From sequence record PP418987.1: a stretch of DNA of 64,000 nucleotides; one strand, written 5' to 3'. A program made the translations under genes and the position numbers. The number at the start of each line of letters is the position of its first letter. The stretch's first letter is position 1. The notes beneath the pieces are model-generated. The model had not been told where the DNA came from and ran no database searches. It saw nothing but the letters and a program-made list of their open reading frames with translations. This DNA comes from Escherichia phage UPWr_E4. Shown one piece after another: positions 10,392-19,053 of the stretch.

Positions 10392-11138
10392 ATGAAACTG
10401 TCTAAAAATCAAATTCGTAAAATTACACGTCGTCTAGAGCATACTCAGGCATCTGCTAAAAGACGTTCTAAAGATTTTAACTTAGACTTCAATTACATTA
10501 AGAACATTTTAGATCAGAAAGTTTGCGCTTACTCAGGAGAACCTTTTGATAATCGTATTGAAGGAGAGAAATTATCATTAGAACGTTTTGATAATAACGT
10601 TGGATACATTAAAGGGAATGTTATTGCAGTAAAGAAAAAGTACAATACATTTCGTTCTGATTATACTTTAGAAGAGTTGATTGAAAAGCGTGATTTATTT
10701 GCTTTGCGAATTGGTCGTTCATCTGCGAAAAAAGTTCATAAACTAAATTTAGATGAAAAGAAATGGGCTAAAATCAAAAAGACTTATAATCAAATTAAAG
10801 CTATACAGAAAAAACGTGAAAACCGAATTGAACACATTTCTCAGCTTTCTAAATCAAAACAGACCTCTGACATTAAGCTAAGGATTATAGCACTTAAAGC
10901 ACGTATTGATGGTTCTCGCATAGCAGAAGGCGCTGAAGTTGTTAAATTGAACGTTCTTCTTAAAGGCTCGGATTGGAAAATTGTGAAAAAGTTGTCAGAA
11001 GCAGAAATGCAATATGATATGTGTGATAAAATTATTCAAGGTGTAGAGCGGTATCAAAACTTGTCTTTTATTGATAAACTTAAACTGAAAAGAGGATACC
11101 CGCTAAATTGTTCAATTTTTAAACTTATCCGAGGATAA
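10392..11138 (+). CDS. Hypothetical early protein (T4 srd position)
   Basis: 248-aa basic protein between modA and dda.1, size close to T4 Srd; identity not verified. Confidence 0.55.
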   Translation: MKLSKNQIRKITRRLEHTQASAKRRSKDFNLDFNYIKNILDQKVCAYSGEPFDNRIEGEKLSLERFDNNVGYIKGNVIAVKKKYNTFRSDYTLEELIEKRDLFALRIGRSSAKKVHKLNLDEKKWAKIKKTYNQIKAIQKKRENRIEHISQLSKSKQTSDIKLRIIALKARIDGSRIAEGAEVVKLNVLLKGSDWKIVKKLSEAEMQYDMCDKIIQGVERYQNLSFIDKLKLKRGYPLNCSIFKLIRG

Positions 11139-11139
11139 T

Positions 11140-11451
11140 ATGGTTTATGTATATGCGATAGTTTACCGAGACAAAGACGGATTTACGGCGCCAGTTCCGC
11201 TTGATGAACATCGTCCTGCTGTATTTTTTGAATGGAATATTGCTGATAAAGTATTTACTACTCTTAAAGAGCAGTATCGACTAGCTTTAGGTAAAGGAAT
11301 TCCAAGATTAGTTGAGACTCCACGTAAATTTTGGTTTAATAAAATAGAAGTTAAACATGTTAAGCCTGACGTAGACACACAAAGATTATATCAGCGAATT
11401 TTAGATACTGGGCGTATTGTTAGTATACCAATTGCAGGGAATTTACGATGA
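11140..11451 (+). CDS. Hypothetical protein (T4 dda.1 position)
   Basis: 103-aa ORF, ATGA-coupled to dda. Confidence 0.55.
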   Translation: MVYVYAIVYRDKDGFTAPVPLDEHRPAVFFEWNIADKVFTTLKEQYRLALGKGIPRLVETPRKFWFNKIEVKHVKPDVDTQRLYQRILDTGRIVSIPIAGNLR

Positions 11452-12767
11452 CATTTGATGATTTGACCGAAGGCCAGAAAAATGCCTTTAACATTGTTAT
11501 GAAGGCTATTAAAGAAAAGAAACATCATGTAACTATTAATGGACCTGCCGGTACCGGTAAGACTACTCTTACTAAGTTCATCATTGAAGCTTTAATATCT
11601 ACGGGTGAAACTGGTATTATTTTAGCAGCTCCTACTCATGCGGCTAAAAAGATTCTTTCAAAACTATCAGGGAAAGAAGCAAGTACTATTCATAGCATTC
11701 TTAAAATTAACCCAGTAACATATGAAGAAAACGTTCTTTTTGAACAAAAAGAAGTACCAGATTTAGCTAAATGCAGGGTATTAATCTGCGACGAAGTGTC
11801 AATGTATGATAGAAAGCTCTTCAAAATTTTGCTTTCAACTATCCCGCCGTGGTGTACTATAATTGGAATAGGTGATAATAAGCAGATTAGACCTGTTGAC
11901 CCAGGAGAAAACACTGCTTATATCAGTCCATTCTTTACACACAAAGATTTTTATCAGTGTGAACTCACTGAAGTTAAACGCAGTAATGCTCCTATTATTG
12001 ATGTAGCTACTGACGTTCGTAACGGTAAGTGGATTTATGATAAAATTGTTGACGGGCATGGAGTACGTGGATTTACTGGTGATACCGCTTTACGCAATTT
12101 TATGGTAAATTATTTTTCAATCGTCAAATCACTAGATGATTTGTTTGAAAATCGCGTAATGGCATTTACGAATAAATCTGTTGACAAGTTAAATAGCATT
12201 ATTCGTAAAAAGATTTTTGAAACTGATAAAGATTTTATTGTCGGTGAAATTATTGTAATGCAAGAACCGTTAATTAAAACATATAAAATTGATGGAAAGC
12301 CTGTATCAGAAATTATTTTTAATAATGGACAATTAGTTCGTATTATAGAAGCAGAGTATACATCGACGTTTGTTAAAGCTCGTGGTGTTCCTGGAGAATA
12401 CTTAATTCGTCATTGGGATTTAACAGTAGAAACTTACGGCGATGATGAATATTATCGTGAAAAGATTAAAATAATTTCATCTGATGAAGAACTGTATAAG
12501 TTTAACCTATTTTTAGGTAAAACGGCAGAAACTTATAAAAATTGGAACAAAGGCGGAAAAGCTCCATGGAGTGATTTTTGGGATGCTAAATCACAGTTTA
12601 GTAAAGTGAAAGCACTTCCTGCATCAACATTCCATAAAGCACAGGGCATGTCTGTAGACCGTGCTTTCATTTATACGCCTTGTATTCATTATGCAGATGC
12701 TGAATTGGCTCAACAACTTCTTTATGTTGGTGTTACCCGTGGTCGTTATGATGTGTTTTATGTATGA
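11448..12767 (+). CDS. dda: Dda DNA helicase (SF1B)
   Basis: 439 aa; Walker A GPAGTGKTT; size and N-terminus as T4 Dda. Confidence 0.95.
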   Translation: MTFDDLTEGQKNAFNIVMKAIKEKKHHVTINGPAGTGKTTLTKFIIEALISTGETGIILAAPTHAAKKILSKLSGKEASTIHSILKINPVTYEENVLFEQKEVPDLAKCRVLICDEVSMYDRKLFKILLSTIPPWCTIIGIGDNKQIRPVDPGENTAYISPFFTHKDFYQCELTEVKRSNAPIIDVATDVRNGKWIYDKIVDGHGVRGFTGDTALRNFMVNYFSIVKSLDDLFENRVMAFTNKSVDKLNSIIRKKIFETDKDFIVGEIIVMQEPLIKTYKIDGKPVSEIIFNNGQLVRIIEAEYTSTFVKARGVPGEYLIRHWDLTVETYGDDEYYREKIKIISSDEELYKFNLFLGKTAETYKNWNKGGKAPWSDFWDAKSQFSKVKALPASTFHKAQGMSVDRAFIYTPCIHYADAELAQQLLYVGVTRGRYDVFYV

Positions 12768-12788
12768 TTAAATTTGAGGAAGCTATTC

Positions 12789-13034
12789 GTGGAAATAACT
12801 AAAGACCAGTTTTATCTGCTTCAAGATAAAGTGAGCGAAATTTATGAAATAGCTTATAGTAAAAATCGTAGAAATGTAAAAATTGAATCTGGCAAGTTAA
12901 TGCTTCAATTAGAAGAAATTGAACGAGATTTAATTGCGTTAGAATTCTTTTGTGGTGAAGTGAAAACTGTTACAATCAGTGATTATGTTTTAGGCGAAAT
13001 TAGCCATCTTTATAAGGCGATTATTAATGATTGA
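12789..13034 (+). CDS. Hypothetical small protein
   Basis: GTG at 12789 preceded by GAGGAAG; ORF track uses TTG at 12774. Confidence 0.45.
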   Translation: MEITKDQFYLLQDKVSEIYEIAYSKNRRNVKIESGKLMLQLEEIERDLIALEFFCGEVKTVTISDYVLGEISHLYKAIIND

Positions 13035-13269
13035 ATTAAGTTGGTATCAGTTTAAATCTCTTATGGCAAATGTTAAAGCTGTCATTGAAGAAAATCCAGG
13101 ACCTGAAAATGTAACTATTCGTGAAAAAGCTTCAAAGATAGTATACAGTCTTGAAGAGATGCAAAAAGATATTGAATCTATGGCAAAATTTATTGATGAG
13201 CCCATTAATAAAGTTTATATCCAAGATTATACTGTAGGTCAAATTCGCGATTTAGCGAGGAAAGTTTAA
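13027..13269 (+). CDS. Hypothetical small protein
   Basis: 80-aa ORF, coupled to dexA (ATG overlaps stop). Confidence 0.5.
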   Translation: MIELSWYQFKSLMANVKAVIEENPGPENVTIREKASKIVYSLEEMQKDIESMAKFIDEPINKVYIQDYTVGQIRDLARKV

Positions 13270-13952
13270 TGTTTGATTTTATTATAGATTTTGAAACGAT
13301 GGGAAGCGGTGAAAAAGCAGCTGTTATTGATTTGGCTGTAATTGCTTTTGACCCTAATCCAGAAGTAGTTGAAACGTTTGATGAATTAGTTTCACGTGGC
13401 ATTAAAATCAAATTTGATTTAAAAAGCCAAAAAGGACATCGTCTTTTTACTAAAAGCACTATCGAATGGTGGAAGAATCAATCTCCTGAAGCTAGAAAAA
13501 ATATTGCACCATCAGATGAAGATGTAAGCACTATCGATGGTATTGCAAAATTCAATGATTACATCAATGCACATAACATCGATCCTTGGAAATCTCAAGG
13601 TTGGTGCCGTGGAATGTCGTTTGATTTTCCAATTTTAGTCGATCTCATTCGCGATATTCAACGTCTTAACGGCGTTTCCGAGAATGAGCTTGATACATTT
13701 AAGTTAGAACCGTGTAAATTCTGGAATCAACGCGACATTCGTACTAGAATTGAAGCACTTCTCCTTGTTCGTGATATGACCACTTGTCCTCTTCCAAAGG
13801 GAACTTTAGATGGATTCGTTGCACATGATTCTATTCATGACTGTGCGAAAGACATCTTGATGATGAAGTATGCTTTGCGCTATGCTATGGGTCTTGAAGA
13901 CGCTCCATCAGAGGAAGAATGCGATCCTCTATCTCTTCCAACAAAACGATAA
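13269..13952 (+). CDS. dexA: Exonuclease A (DexA), DnaQ-like 3'-5' exonuclease
   Basis: 227 aa; DFETMG and YAMGLED-type motifs; size as T4 DexA. Confidence 0.9.
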   Translation: MFDFIIDFETMGSGEKAAVIDLAVIAFDPNPEVVETFDELVSRGIKIKFDLKSQKGHRLFTKSTIEWWKNQSPEARKNIAPSDEDVSTIDGIAKFNDYINAHNIDPWKSQGWCRGMSFDFPILVDLIRDIQRLNGVSENELDTFKLEPCKFWNQRDIRTRIEALLLVRDMTTCPLPKGTLDGFVAHDSIHDCAKDILMMKYALRYAMGLEDAPSEEECDPLSLPTKR

Positions 13953-13958
13953 AAAGTT

Positions 13959-13988
13959 ATTTACTTCCTCGGTTAGTTGTGGTATTAT
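13959..13988 (+). promoter_or_regulatory. T4-type early promoter
   Basis: ATTTAC 13959-13964, 18-bp spacer, TATTAT 13983-13988. Confidence 0.55.
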
Positions 13989-14015
13989 AACACCATAGCT
14001 ACTGAGGATAATAAA

Positions 14016-14516
14016 ATGAAAATTTATCGTGTTGAATCATCGTTTAGTATTCTTGATTATGAAGATGCTATAATAATACGTCGAAATCTTTGTGTTCAAA
14101 TAACGCCGTACAGGAGTATAATAGATTCATGTAGCGAAGAGTGGCTATTACACGTAGGTTATGACAGACCTAATTTTATGCATCATAGCGATAATAATAA
14201 AAGAATTCCTTTACCACACGAAGATAAACTATTAGTTAAAAACGCTAATATAGTAATTAATACTAAGTTCAAGAAAGATTATGTTGGAGTAGAATATCAT
14301 ATTCCAGGATGGTTTATAGGTCTTTATCATTTTGCTTTCGCTAGTGAATATGATATGATGAGATGGTTCACACGAGAAGAGCGGGAAGAATTATCTTCTA
14401 AAGGATTTTATCTCGCTGTATACGAAGTTCCTGAAGATGAAGTTATCATTGGTGGGCACCAAGTAATGTTCCGCAAATCGCATGCTGAACTCGTAGATTT
14501 TATTGAAATGAGATAA
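14016..14516 (+). CDS. Hypothetical early protein (T4 motB position)
   Basis: 166 aa from ATG 14016 (GAGGA upstream; track gives longer 13977 start). Confidence 0.55.
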   Translation: MKIYRVESSFSILDYEDAIIIRRNLCVQITPYRSIIDSCSEEWLLHVGYDRPNFMHHSDNNKRIPLPHEDKLLVKNANIVINTKFKKDYVGVEYHIPGWFIGLYHFAFASEYDMMRWFTREEREELSSKGFYLAVYEVPEDEVIIGGHQVMFRKSHAELVDFIEMR

Positions 14517-14518
14517 TT

Positions 14519-15067
14519 ATGAAATTTAATTATAATCCTGAATACATACCAAATCCGGTAGCTAAACTGATTGATTTTGATGTTGTAAGCACTTATGTAT
14601 GCCCTGTTAAACCACTGGAAATTAAGGAACCTACTATGACTACCGCTATTGAAATCGGCAAAACCTACAAACTGGTTGAACCTAAAATTAAAACTAATGC
14701 CTTGATTTCTGGTCATAAAACTCTGACTGATGTTTTTGGCGAAGGCGAATTTATTGTTGAAGAATTTGCCAAAAGTGAGTGGTTTGACAAATCTTACGTC
14801 ATCCACGGTCGCCGGTTAGATAATAACAAAATAAAGAAAAACCTGGTTTATGAAGATGAGTTCATCCTGTTCCAAGAAGTTGAAGAACAAGACCCTACAG
14901 ACCTGTTGTGTGCTGCTGTGTCTATCCGTCGTCCTTTTGATAATCCTATCTGTGGTTGGGTAACAGACCAGTGGATTGAAGATGGCGTTGAACTTCTGAA
15001 CGTAGTTCATGCTGGAGAATACTCTGTAGTTCCTCGTAGCGCAGTGATTAATGTTCGTGTAAGCTAG
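14519..15067 (+). CDS. Hypothetical protein, paralog of 15141-15632
   Basis: 182 aa; C-terminus WVTDQWIEDGVELLNVVHAGEYSVVPRSAV aligns with the downstream ORF. Confidence 0.6.
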   Translation: MKFNYNPEYIPNPVAKLIDFDVVSTYVCPVKPLEIKEPTMTTAIEIGKTYKLVEPKIKTNALISGHKTLTDVFGEGEFIVEEFAKSEWFDKSYVIHGRRLDNNKIKKNLVYEDEFILFQEVEEQDPTDLLCAAVSIRRPFDNPICGWVTDQWIEDGVELLNVVHAGEYSVVPRSAVINVRVS

Positions 15068-15096
15068 TTTACAAACTCTTGGGACCAGAGTATAAT
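15067..15096 (+). promoter_or_regulatory. T4-type early promoter with dyad symmetry around the -10
   Basis: GTTTAC 15067-15072, TATAAT 15091-15096; inverted repeat GGACCA/TGGTCC flanks the -10. Confidence 0.6.
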
Positions 15097-15140
15097 GGTC
15101 CTGTGGAGTATAAAATCTTTTTAACAAGTGAGAGATAATT

Positions 15141-15632
15141 ATGAATATTAATATCGGTGAAATTGCTCGTGTATCTGATAAATCCCGTTCTAAAGCAGCA
15201 GGAAAATTGGTCGAAGTTGTAAGCATTCAGCTTAAACACGGTGTTAAAGATGAAGATTCTGAAGTAAAAGTACGTATCATTGCTAAAGATGGAATGTCTA
15301 AGCCCCAGTTTGGTTATGTTCGATGGAAATTTCTTGAGCCTGCGTTTTTGAAAGCTGTTCCTGCTAAAGGAATTGAAACGATTGATACTTCGCATGTAGG
15401 TGTAGACTTTAAGTGGAAACTTGGTCAAGCTATCAAGTTCATTGCTCCTTATGAGTTTGAATTTACCGAAGGTGGACAACCACTTCCTCAGCGTACTCGC
15501 GCTATGTGTGCATACATTACTGATCAATGGGTAGAAGATGGCGTTAAGTTATACAACGCGGTATTTTTAGGAACATACAAAGTCATTCCTGAAAGTTGGA
15601 TTAAACACTACAGCAAAGCTCGCTATGCATAA
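15141..15632 (+). CDS. Hypothetical protein, paralog of 14519-15067
   Basis: 163 aa; C-terminus YITDQWVEDGVKLYNAVFLGTYKVIPESWI. Confidence 0.6.
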   Translation: MNINIGEIARVSDKSRSKAAGKLVEVVSIQLKHGVKDEDSEVKVRIIAKDGMSKPQFGYVRWKFLEPAFLKAVPAKGIETIDTSHVGVDFKWKLGQAIKFIAPYEFEFTEGGQPLPQRTRAMCAYITDQWVEDGVKLYNAVFLGTYKVIPESWIKHYSKARYA

Positions 15633-15662
15633 AGTTTAAAATTTTTTCATAAAACTATATAC

Positions 15663-15705
15663 ATCAGTAGTTGATTATGGTACTATATCAATATCAACTA
15701 CTGAT
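15663..15705. repeat. 13-bp perfect inverted repeat (ATCAGTAGTTGAT / ATCAACTACTGAT) with 17-nt loop containing a -10-like GGTACTATAT
   Basis: Arms at 15663-15675 and 15693-15705, counted from the flanking ORF boundaries. Confidence 0.6.
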
Positions 15706-15803
15706 ACAGAAAACAACTTGAAGAATAAAATGGATAATTCGTTAAAGGTGCGCTGATACTCTTCTGAAACGCATCGCTCCAATGTTCAATTAATGAGGAA
15801 ATT

Positions 15804-16022
15804 ATGATGAAACGTAAAATTGTTCAGAATTGCACTAATGATGAATTTGAAGATGTATTATTCGATCCAGATTTGGTAGTAGTTCAAAAGGAACACACTA
15901 TCAAGTTTACTCACTTGACTTCGGTTTATGTATATGAGAAAGTCGGTGATAAACAACCAATTTACGGTGTATTTCGTGAAATCACTGAAGATGGTACAAC
16001 TTACTGGAAGGAAATTTATTAA
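15804..16022 (+). CDS. Hypothetical small protein (T4 cef position)
   Basis: 72-aa ORF, RBS GAGGAAA. Confidence 0.5.
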   Translation: MMKRKIVQNCTNDEFEDVLFDPDLVVVQKEHTIKFTHLTSVYVYEKVGDKQPIYGVFREITEDGTTYWKEIY

Positions 16023-16456
16023 TGGCTATTAAATTTGAAGTTAATAAATGGTATCAATTTAAAAATAAACAAGCTCAAGAAAATTTTATTAAAGACCATA
16101 CTGATAACGGAATCTATGCACGCCGTTTAGGTATGCATCCTTTTAAAATTTTAGATGTGGATGCTCTTGGGCGTCCTATTAAAATTATGTCATTTGCTGG
16201 AAATTTAGTACTATCTTCTGGTAAAGATATTTTGGATGAAGATTTTATTTGGCTTTCATCGAATGAAGCTGAATTCTTTAATGAAGTTGAAAATCCATAC
16301 CAGGCAGCTGAAGAACAAGAACAGGAAGAGCAAGAACAGGAAGAGCAAGAACAGATAGAAGATTTTACAGAATTCCCTGTAATGAAAGTTACTATTGAAA
16401 ATAATGAACAGGCATGGTCCTTGTATCAGATGTTGAAAGCTCACTTTAAGGAATAA
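16022..16456 (+). CDS. Hypothetical acidic protein with EEQEQ repeats (T4 goF position)
   Basis: 144 aa; in-frame 15-bp tandem repeats encode EEQEQ x3. Confidence 0.55.
   Translation: MAIKFEVNKWYQFKNKQAQENFIKDHTDNGIYARRLGMHPFKILDVDALGRPIKIMSFAGNLVLSSGKDILDEDFIWLSSNEAEFFNEVENPYQAAEEQEQEEQEQEEQEQIEDFTEFPVMKVTIENNEQAWSLYQMLKAHFKE
16310..16354 (+). repeat. In-frame 15-bp tandem repeat (3 copies) encoding EEQEQ
   Basis: gaagaacaagaacag / gaagagcaagaacag / gaagagcaagaacag. Confidence 0.6.
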
Positions 16457-16458
16457 TT

Positions 16459-16635
16459 ATGCCGCTTTATGATTATAAATGTCAATCAAAAGACTGCGCA
16501 AAAGAATACGAAAAAATCAAGAAAATTTCTGAAAGAGATACTGATGTATGTCCTGATTGTCATCGGTTGGCTGTTCGGTTAGTTTCCGCTCCTAAGCATG
16601 TGAATGGCGGATTTTACGACTTGCTTAAAGGGTAA
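16459..16635 (+). CDS. FmdB-family zinc-ribbon protein
   Basis: 58 aa; MPLYDYKCQSKDC...CPDCH two CxxC pairs; ATG 16459 directly after upstream stop. Confidence 0.55.
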   Translation: MPLYDYKCQSKDCAKEYEKIKKISERDTDVCPDCHRLAVRLVSAPKHVNGGFYDLLKG

Positions 16636-16637
16636 TT

Positions 16638-16898
16638 ATGAAATATATTAATCGTTCTATCGCAGCATTAGTATTAGTAGTGTCTTTAGTAGGATGTACT
16701 GATGCTGATAACGCAACCAAAGTTTTGTCTTCAAGCGGTTTTACTAATATTGAAATCACTGGATATAATTGGTTCGGTTGCTCTGAAAATGATTTCCAGC
16801 ATACTGGATTTCGTGCTATTGGACCTACTGGGCAGAAAGTAGAAGGAACAGTATGTTCTGGACTGTTCTTTAAGGATTCAACTATTCGTTTTAAATAA
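16638..16898 (+). CDS. Putative lipoprotein
   Basis: 86 aa; signal peptide with lipobox LVGC (MKYINRSIAALVLVVSLVGCTD). Confidence 0.55.
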   Translation: MKYINRSIAALVLVVSLVGCTDADNATKVLSSSGFTNIEITGYNWFGCSENDFQHTGFRAIGPTGQKVEGTVCSGLFFKDSTIRFK

Positions 16899-16899
16899 A

Positions 16900-16921
16900 A
16901 GGCCTTCGGGCCTTTAGCTTT
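16900..16921 (+). terminator. Intrinsic terminator AGGCC-TTCG-GGCCT plus T-rich tail
   Basis: UUCG hairpin immediately after the lipoprotein gene. Confidence 0.6.
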
Positions 16922-16964
16922 ATGATTACCGGAGTATAATATTCCCGAAACCAAACGAGGATAA

Positions 16965-18785
16965 GTGATGATTAAGAATGAAATTAAAATTCTGAGCGAT
17001 ATTGAGCATATCAAAAAGCGTAGTGGCATGTATATTGGCTCTTCTGCTAATGAAATGCATGAGCGCTTTCTGTTTGGTAAATGGGAAAGTGTTCAGTATG
17101 TACCTGGTCTTGTTAAGCTTATTGATGAAATTATCGATAACTCAGTAGATGAAGGTATTCGTACTAAGTTTAAATTCGCAAATAAAATTAATGTTACTAT
17201 TAAAAACAATCAAGTAACAGTTGAAGATAACGGTCGTGGTATTCCACAAGCGATGGTCAAAACACCTACCGGTGAAGAAATTCCTGGTCCAGTTGCTGCG
17301 TGGACTATTCCAAAAGCAGGTGGTAACTTCGGTGATGATAAAGAACGCGTCACTGGCGGTATGAATGGTGTTGGTTCTAGTTTGACAAACATTTTTTCTG
17401 TGATGTTTGTCGGTGAAACTGGTGATGGTCAAAATAATATTGTAGTTCGTTGTTCAAATGGCATGGAAAATAAATCATGGGAAACTATTCCTGGAAAATG
17501 GAAAGGAACTCGTGTTACTTTCATTCCTGATTTTATGTCATTTGAAACTAATGAGCTGTCCCAAGTTTATCTTGACATTACACTAGATCGTCTCCAGACA
17601 CTTGCAGTAGTTTATCCTGATATTCAATTTACCTTTAATGGTAAAAAGGTTCAGGGCAATTTTAAGAAATATGCACGCCAATATGATGAGCATGCTATCG
17701 TTCAAGAACAAGAAAATTGTTCTATTGCGGTTGGTCGTTCACCGGATGGTTTTCGTCAATTAACATACGTCAATAACATTCACACTAAGAATGGTGGCCA
17801 TCACATTGACTGTGTTATGGATGATATTTGTGAAGACCTTATTCCACAAATCAAACGTAAGTTCAAAATTGATGTAACTAAAGCGCGTGTTAAAGAATGT
17901 TTGACTATCGTTATGTTTGTCCGTGATATGAAAAACATGCGATTTGATTCTCAAACTAAAGAACGACTTACTTCTCCATTTGGCGAAATTCGTAGTCATA
18001 TTCAACTTGATGCTAAAAAGATTTCACGCGCTATTCTAAATAATGAAGCAATTTTAATGCCGATTATTGAAGCTGCTTTGGCTCGTAAATTGGCGGCAGA
18101 AAAAGCAGCAGAAACTAAAGCAGCTAAAAAGGCTTCTAAAGCTAAGGTTCATAAACATATCAAAGCGAATCTTTGTGGTAAAGATGCTGATACTACTCTT
18201 TTCTTGACTGAGGGTGATTCTGCTATCGGATATCTTATTGATGTTCGTGATAAAGAACTTCATGGTGGTTATCCATTGCGCGGTAAAGTTCTCAACAGTT
18301 GGGGTATGTCTTATGCAGATATGCTTAAAAACAAAGAACTATTTGATATTTGCGCAATCACTGGATTAGTTCTCGGTGAAAAAGCTGAAAACTTGAATTA
18401 TCATAATATTGCTATTATGACTGATGCTGACCATGATGGTCTAGGAAGCATTTATCCTTCTCTGCTCGGGTTTTTTAGTAATTGGCCAGAACTGTTTGAG
18501 CAAGGAAGAATTCGTTTTGTCAAAACTCCTGTAATCATCGCTCAGGTCGGTAAAAAACAAGAATGGTTTTATACAGTCGCTGAATATGAGAGTGCTAAAG
18601 ATGCTCTACCTAAACATAGCATCCGTTATATTAAAGGACTTGGCTCTTTGGAAAAATCTGAGTATCGTGAGATGATTCAAAATCCAGTATATGATGTTGT
18701 TAAACTTCCTGAGAACTGGAAAGAGCTTTTTGAAATGCTCATGGGAGATAATGCTGACCTTCGTAAAGAATGGATGAGCCAGTAG
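16965..18785 (+). CDS. 39: DNA topoisomerase II large (ATPase) subunit gp39, fused form (no gene 60 split)
   Basis: 606 aa; GyrB-like GHKL ATPase motifs (DNGRGIP, GG..GVGSS) plus C-terminal TOPRIM region in one ORF. Confidence 0.9.
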   Translation: MMIKNEIKILSDIEHIKKRSGMYIGSSANEMHERFLFGKWESVQYVPGLVKLIDEIIDNSVDEGIRTKFKFANKINVTIKNNQVTVEDNGRGIPQAMVKTPTGEEIPGPVAAWTIPKAGGNFGDDKERVTGGMNGVGSSLTNIFSVMFVGETGDGQNNIVVRCSNGMENKSWETIPGKWKGTRVTFIPDFMSFETNELSQVYLDITLDRLQTLAVVYPDIQFTFNGKKVQGNFKKYARQYDEHAIVQEQENCSIAVGRSPDGFRQLTYVNNIHTKNGGHHIDCVMDDICEDLIPQIKRKFKIDVTKARVKECLTIVMFVRDMKNMRFDSQTKERLTSPFGEIRSHIQLDAKKISRAILNNEAILMPIIEAALARKLAAEKAAETKAAKKASKAKVHKHIKANLCGKDADTTLFLTEGDSAIGYLIDVRDKELHGGYPLRGKVLNSWGMSYADMLKNKELFDICAITGLVLGEKAENLNYHNIAIMTDADHDGLGSIYPSLLGFFSNWPELFEQGRIRFVKTPVIIAQVGKKQEWFYTVAEYESAKDALPKHSIRYIKGLGSLEKSEYREMIQNPVYDVVKLPENWKELFEMLMGDNADLRKEWMSQ

Positions 18786-18814
18786 TTTACTTTACCACAA
18801 GGATGTGGTATAAT
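18785..18814 (+). promoter_or_regulatory. T4-type early promoter
   Basis: GTTTAC 18785-18790 overlapping gene 39 stop; TATAAT 18809-18814; CCACA/TGTGG dyad in the spacer. Confidence 0.55.
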
Positions 18815-18839
18815 TAATTGGGCAAATGAGGATATTGAA

Positions 18840-19043
18840 ATGAAATCATATAAAGTAAATTTAGAACTTTTTGATAAAGCAGTTCATCGAGAATATAGAA
18901 TCATTCAACGCTTTTTCGATATGGGAGAAGCCGAAGAATTTAAAAACCGCTTTAAAGATATTAGAGATAAAATTCAATCCGACACCGCAACTAAAGATGA
19001 ACTACTAGAAGTTGCCGAAGTTATTAAACGTAATATGAATTAA
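18840..19043 (+). CDS. Hypothetical small protein (T4 rIIA.1 position)
   Basis: 67-aa ORF with RBS upstream. Confidence 0.5.
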   Translation: MKSYKVNLELFDKAVHREYRIIQRFFDMGEAEEFKNRFKDIRDKIQSDTATKDELLEVAEVIKRNMN

Positions 19044-19053
19044 TGAGGAAATT

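Noticed and set aside
13977-14015. N-terminal extensions proposed by the ORF track (also 2086, 5988, 9032, 23032, 23733, 24295, 40474, 44326, 44647, 45784, 52757, 53208, 56992, 61112, 61829, 62205)
   Set aside because: These use TTG/GTG or upstream ATGs lying inside promoters, terminators or the preceding gene; a downstream ATG with a proper SD and T4-consistent protein length was preferred.
14408-15527. Minus-strand ORFs 14408-14806, 14816-15226, 15069-15527
   Set aside because: Fully antisense to well-supported plus-strand genes, no SD sequences; typical spurious ORFs in AT-rich DNA.
16625-17029. 134-aa minus-strand ORF
   Set aside because: Antisense to the lipoprotein gene and the start of gene 39; no start context.
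16965-18785. Gene 60 split with 50-nt translational bypass
   Set aside because: Gene 39 is one continuous 606-aa ORF, so the T4-specific 39/60 split and bypass element are not present.
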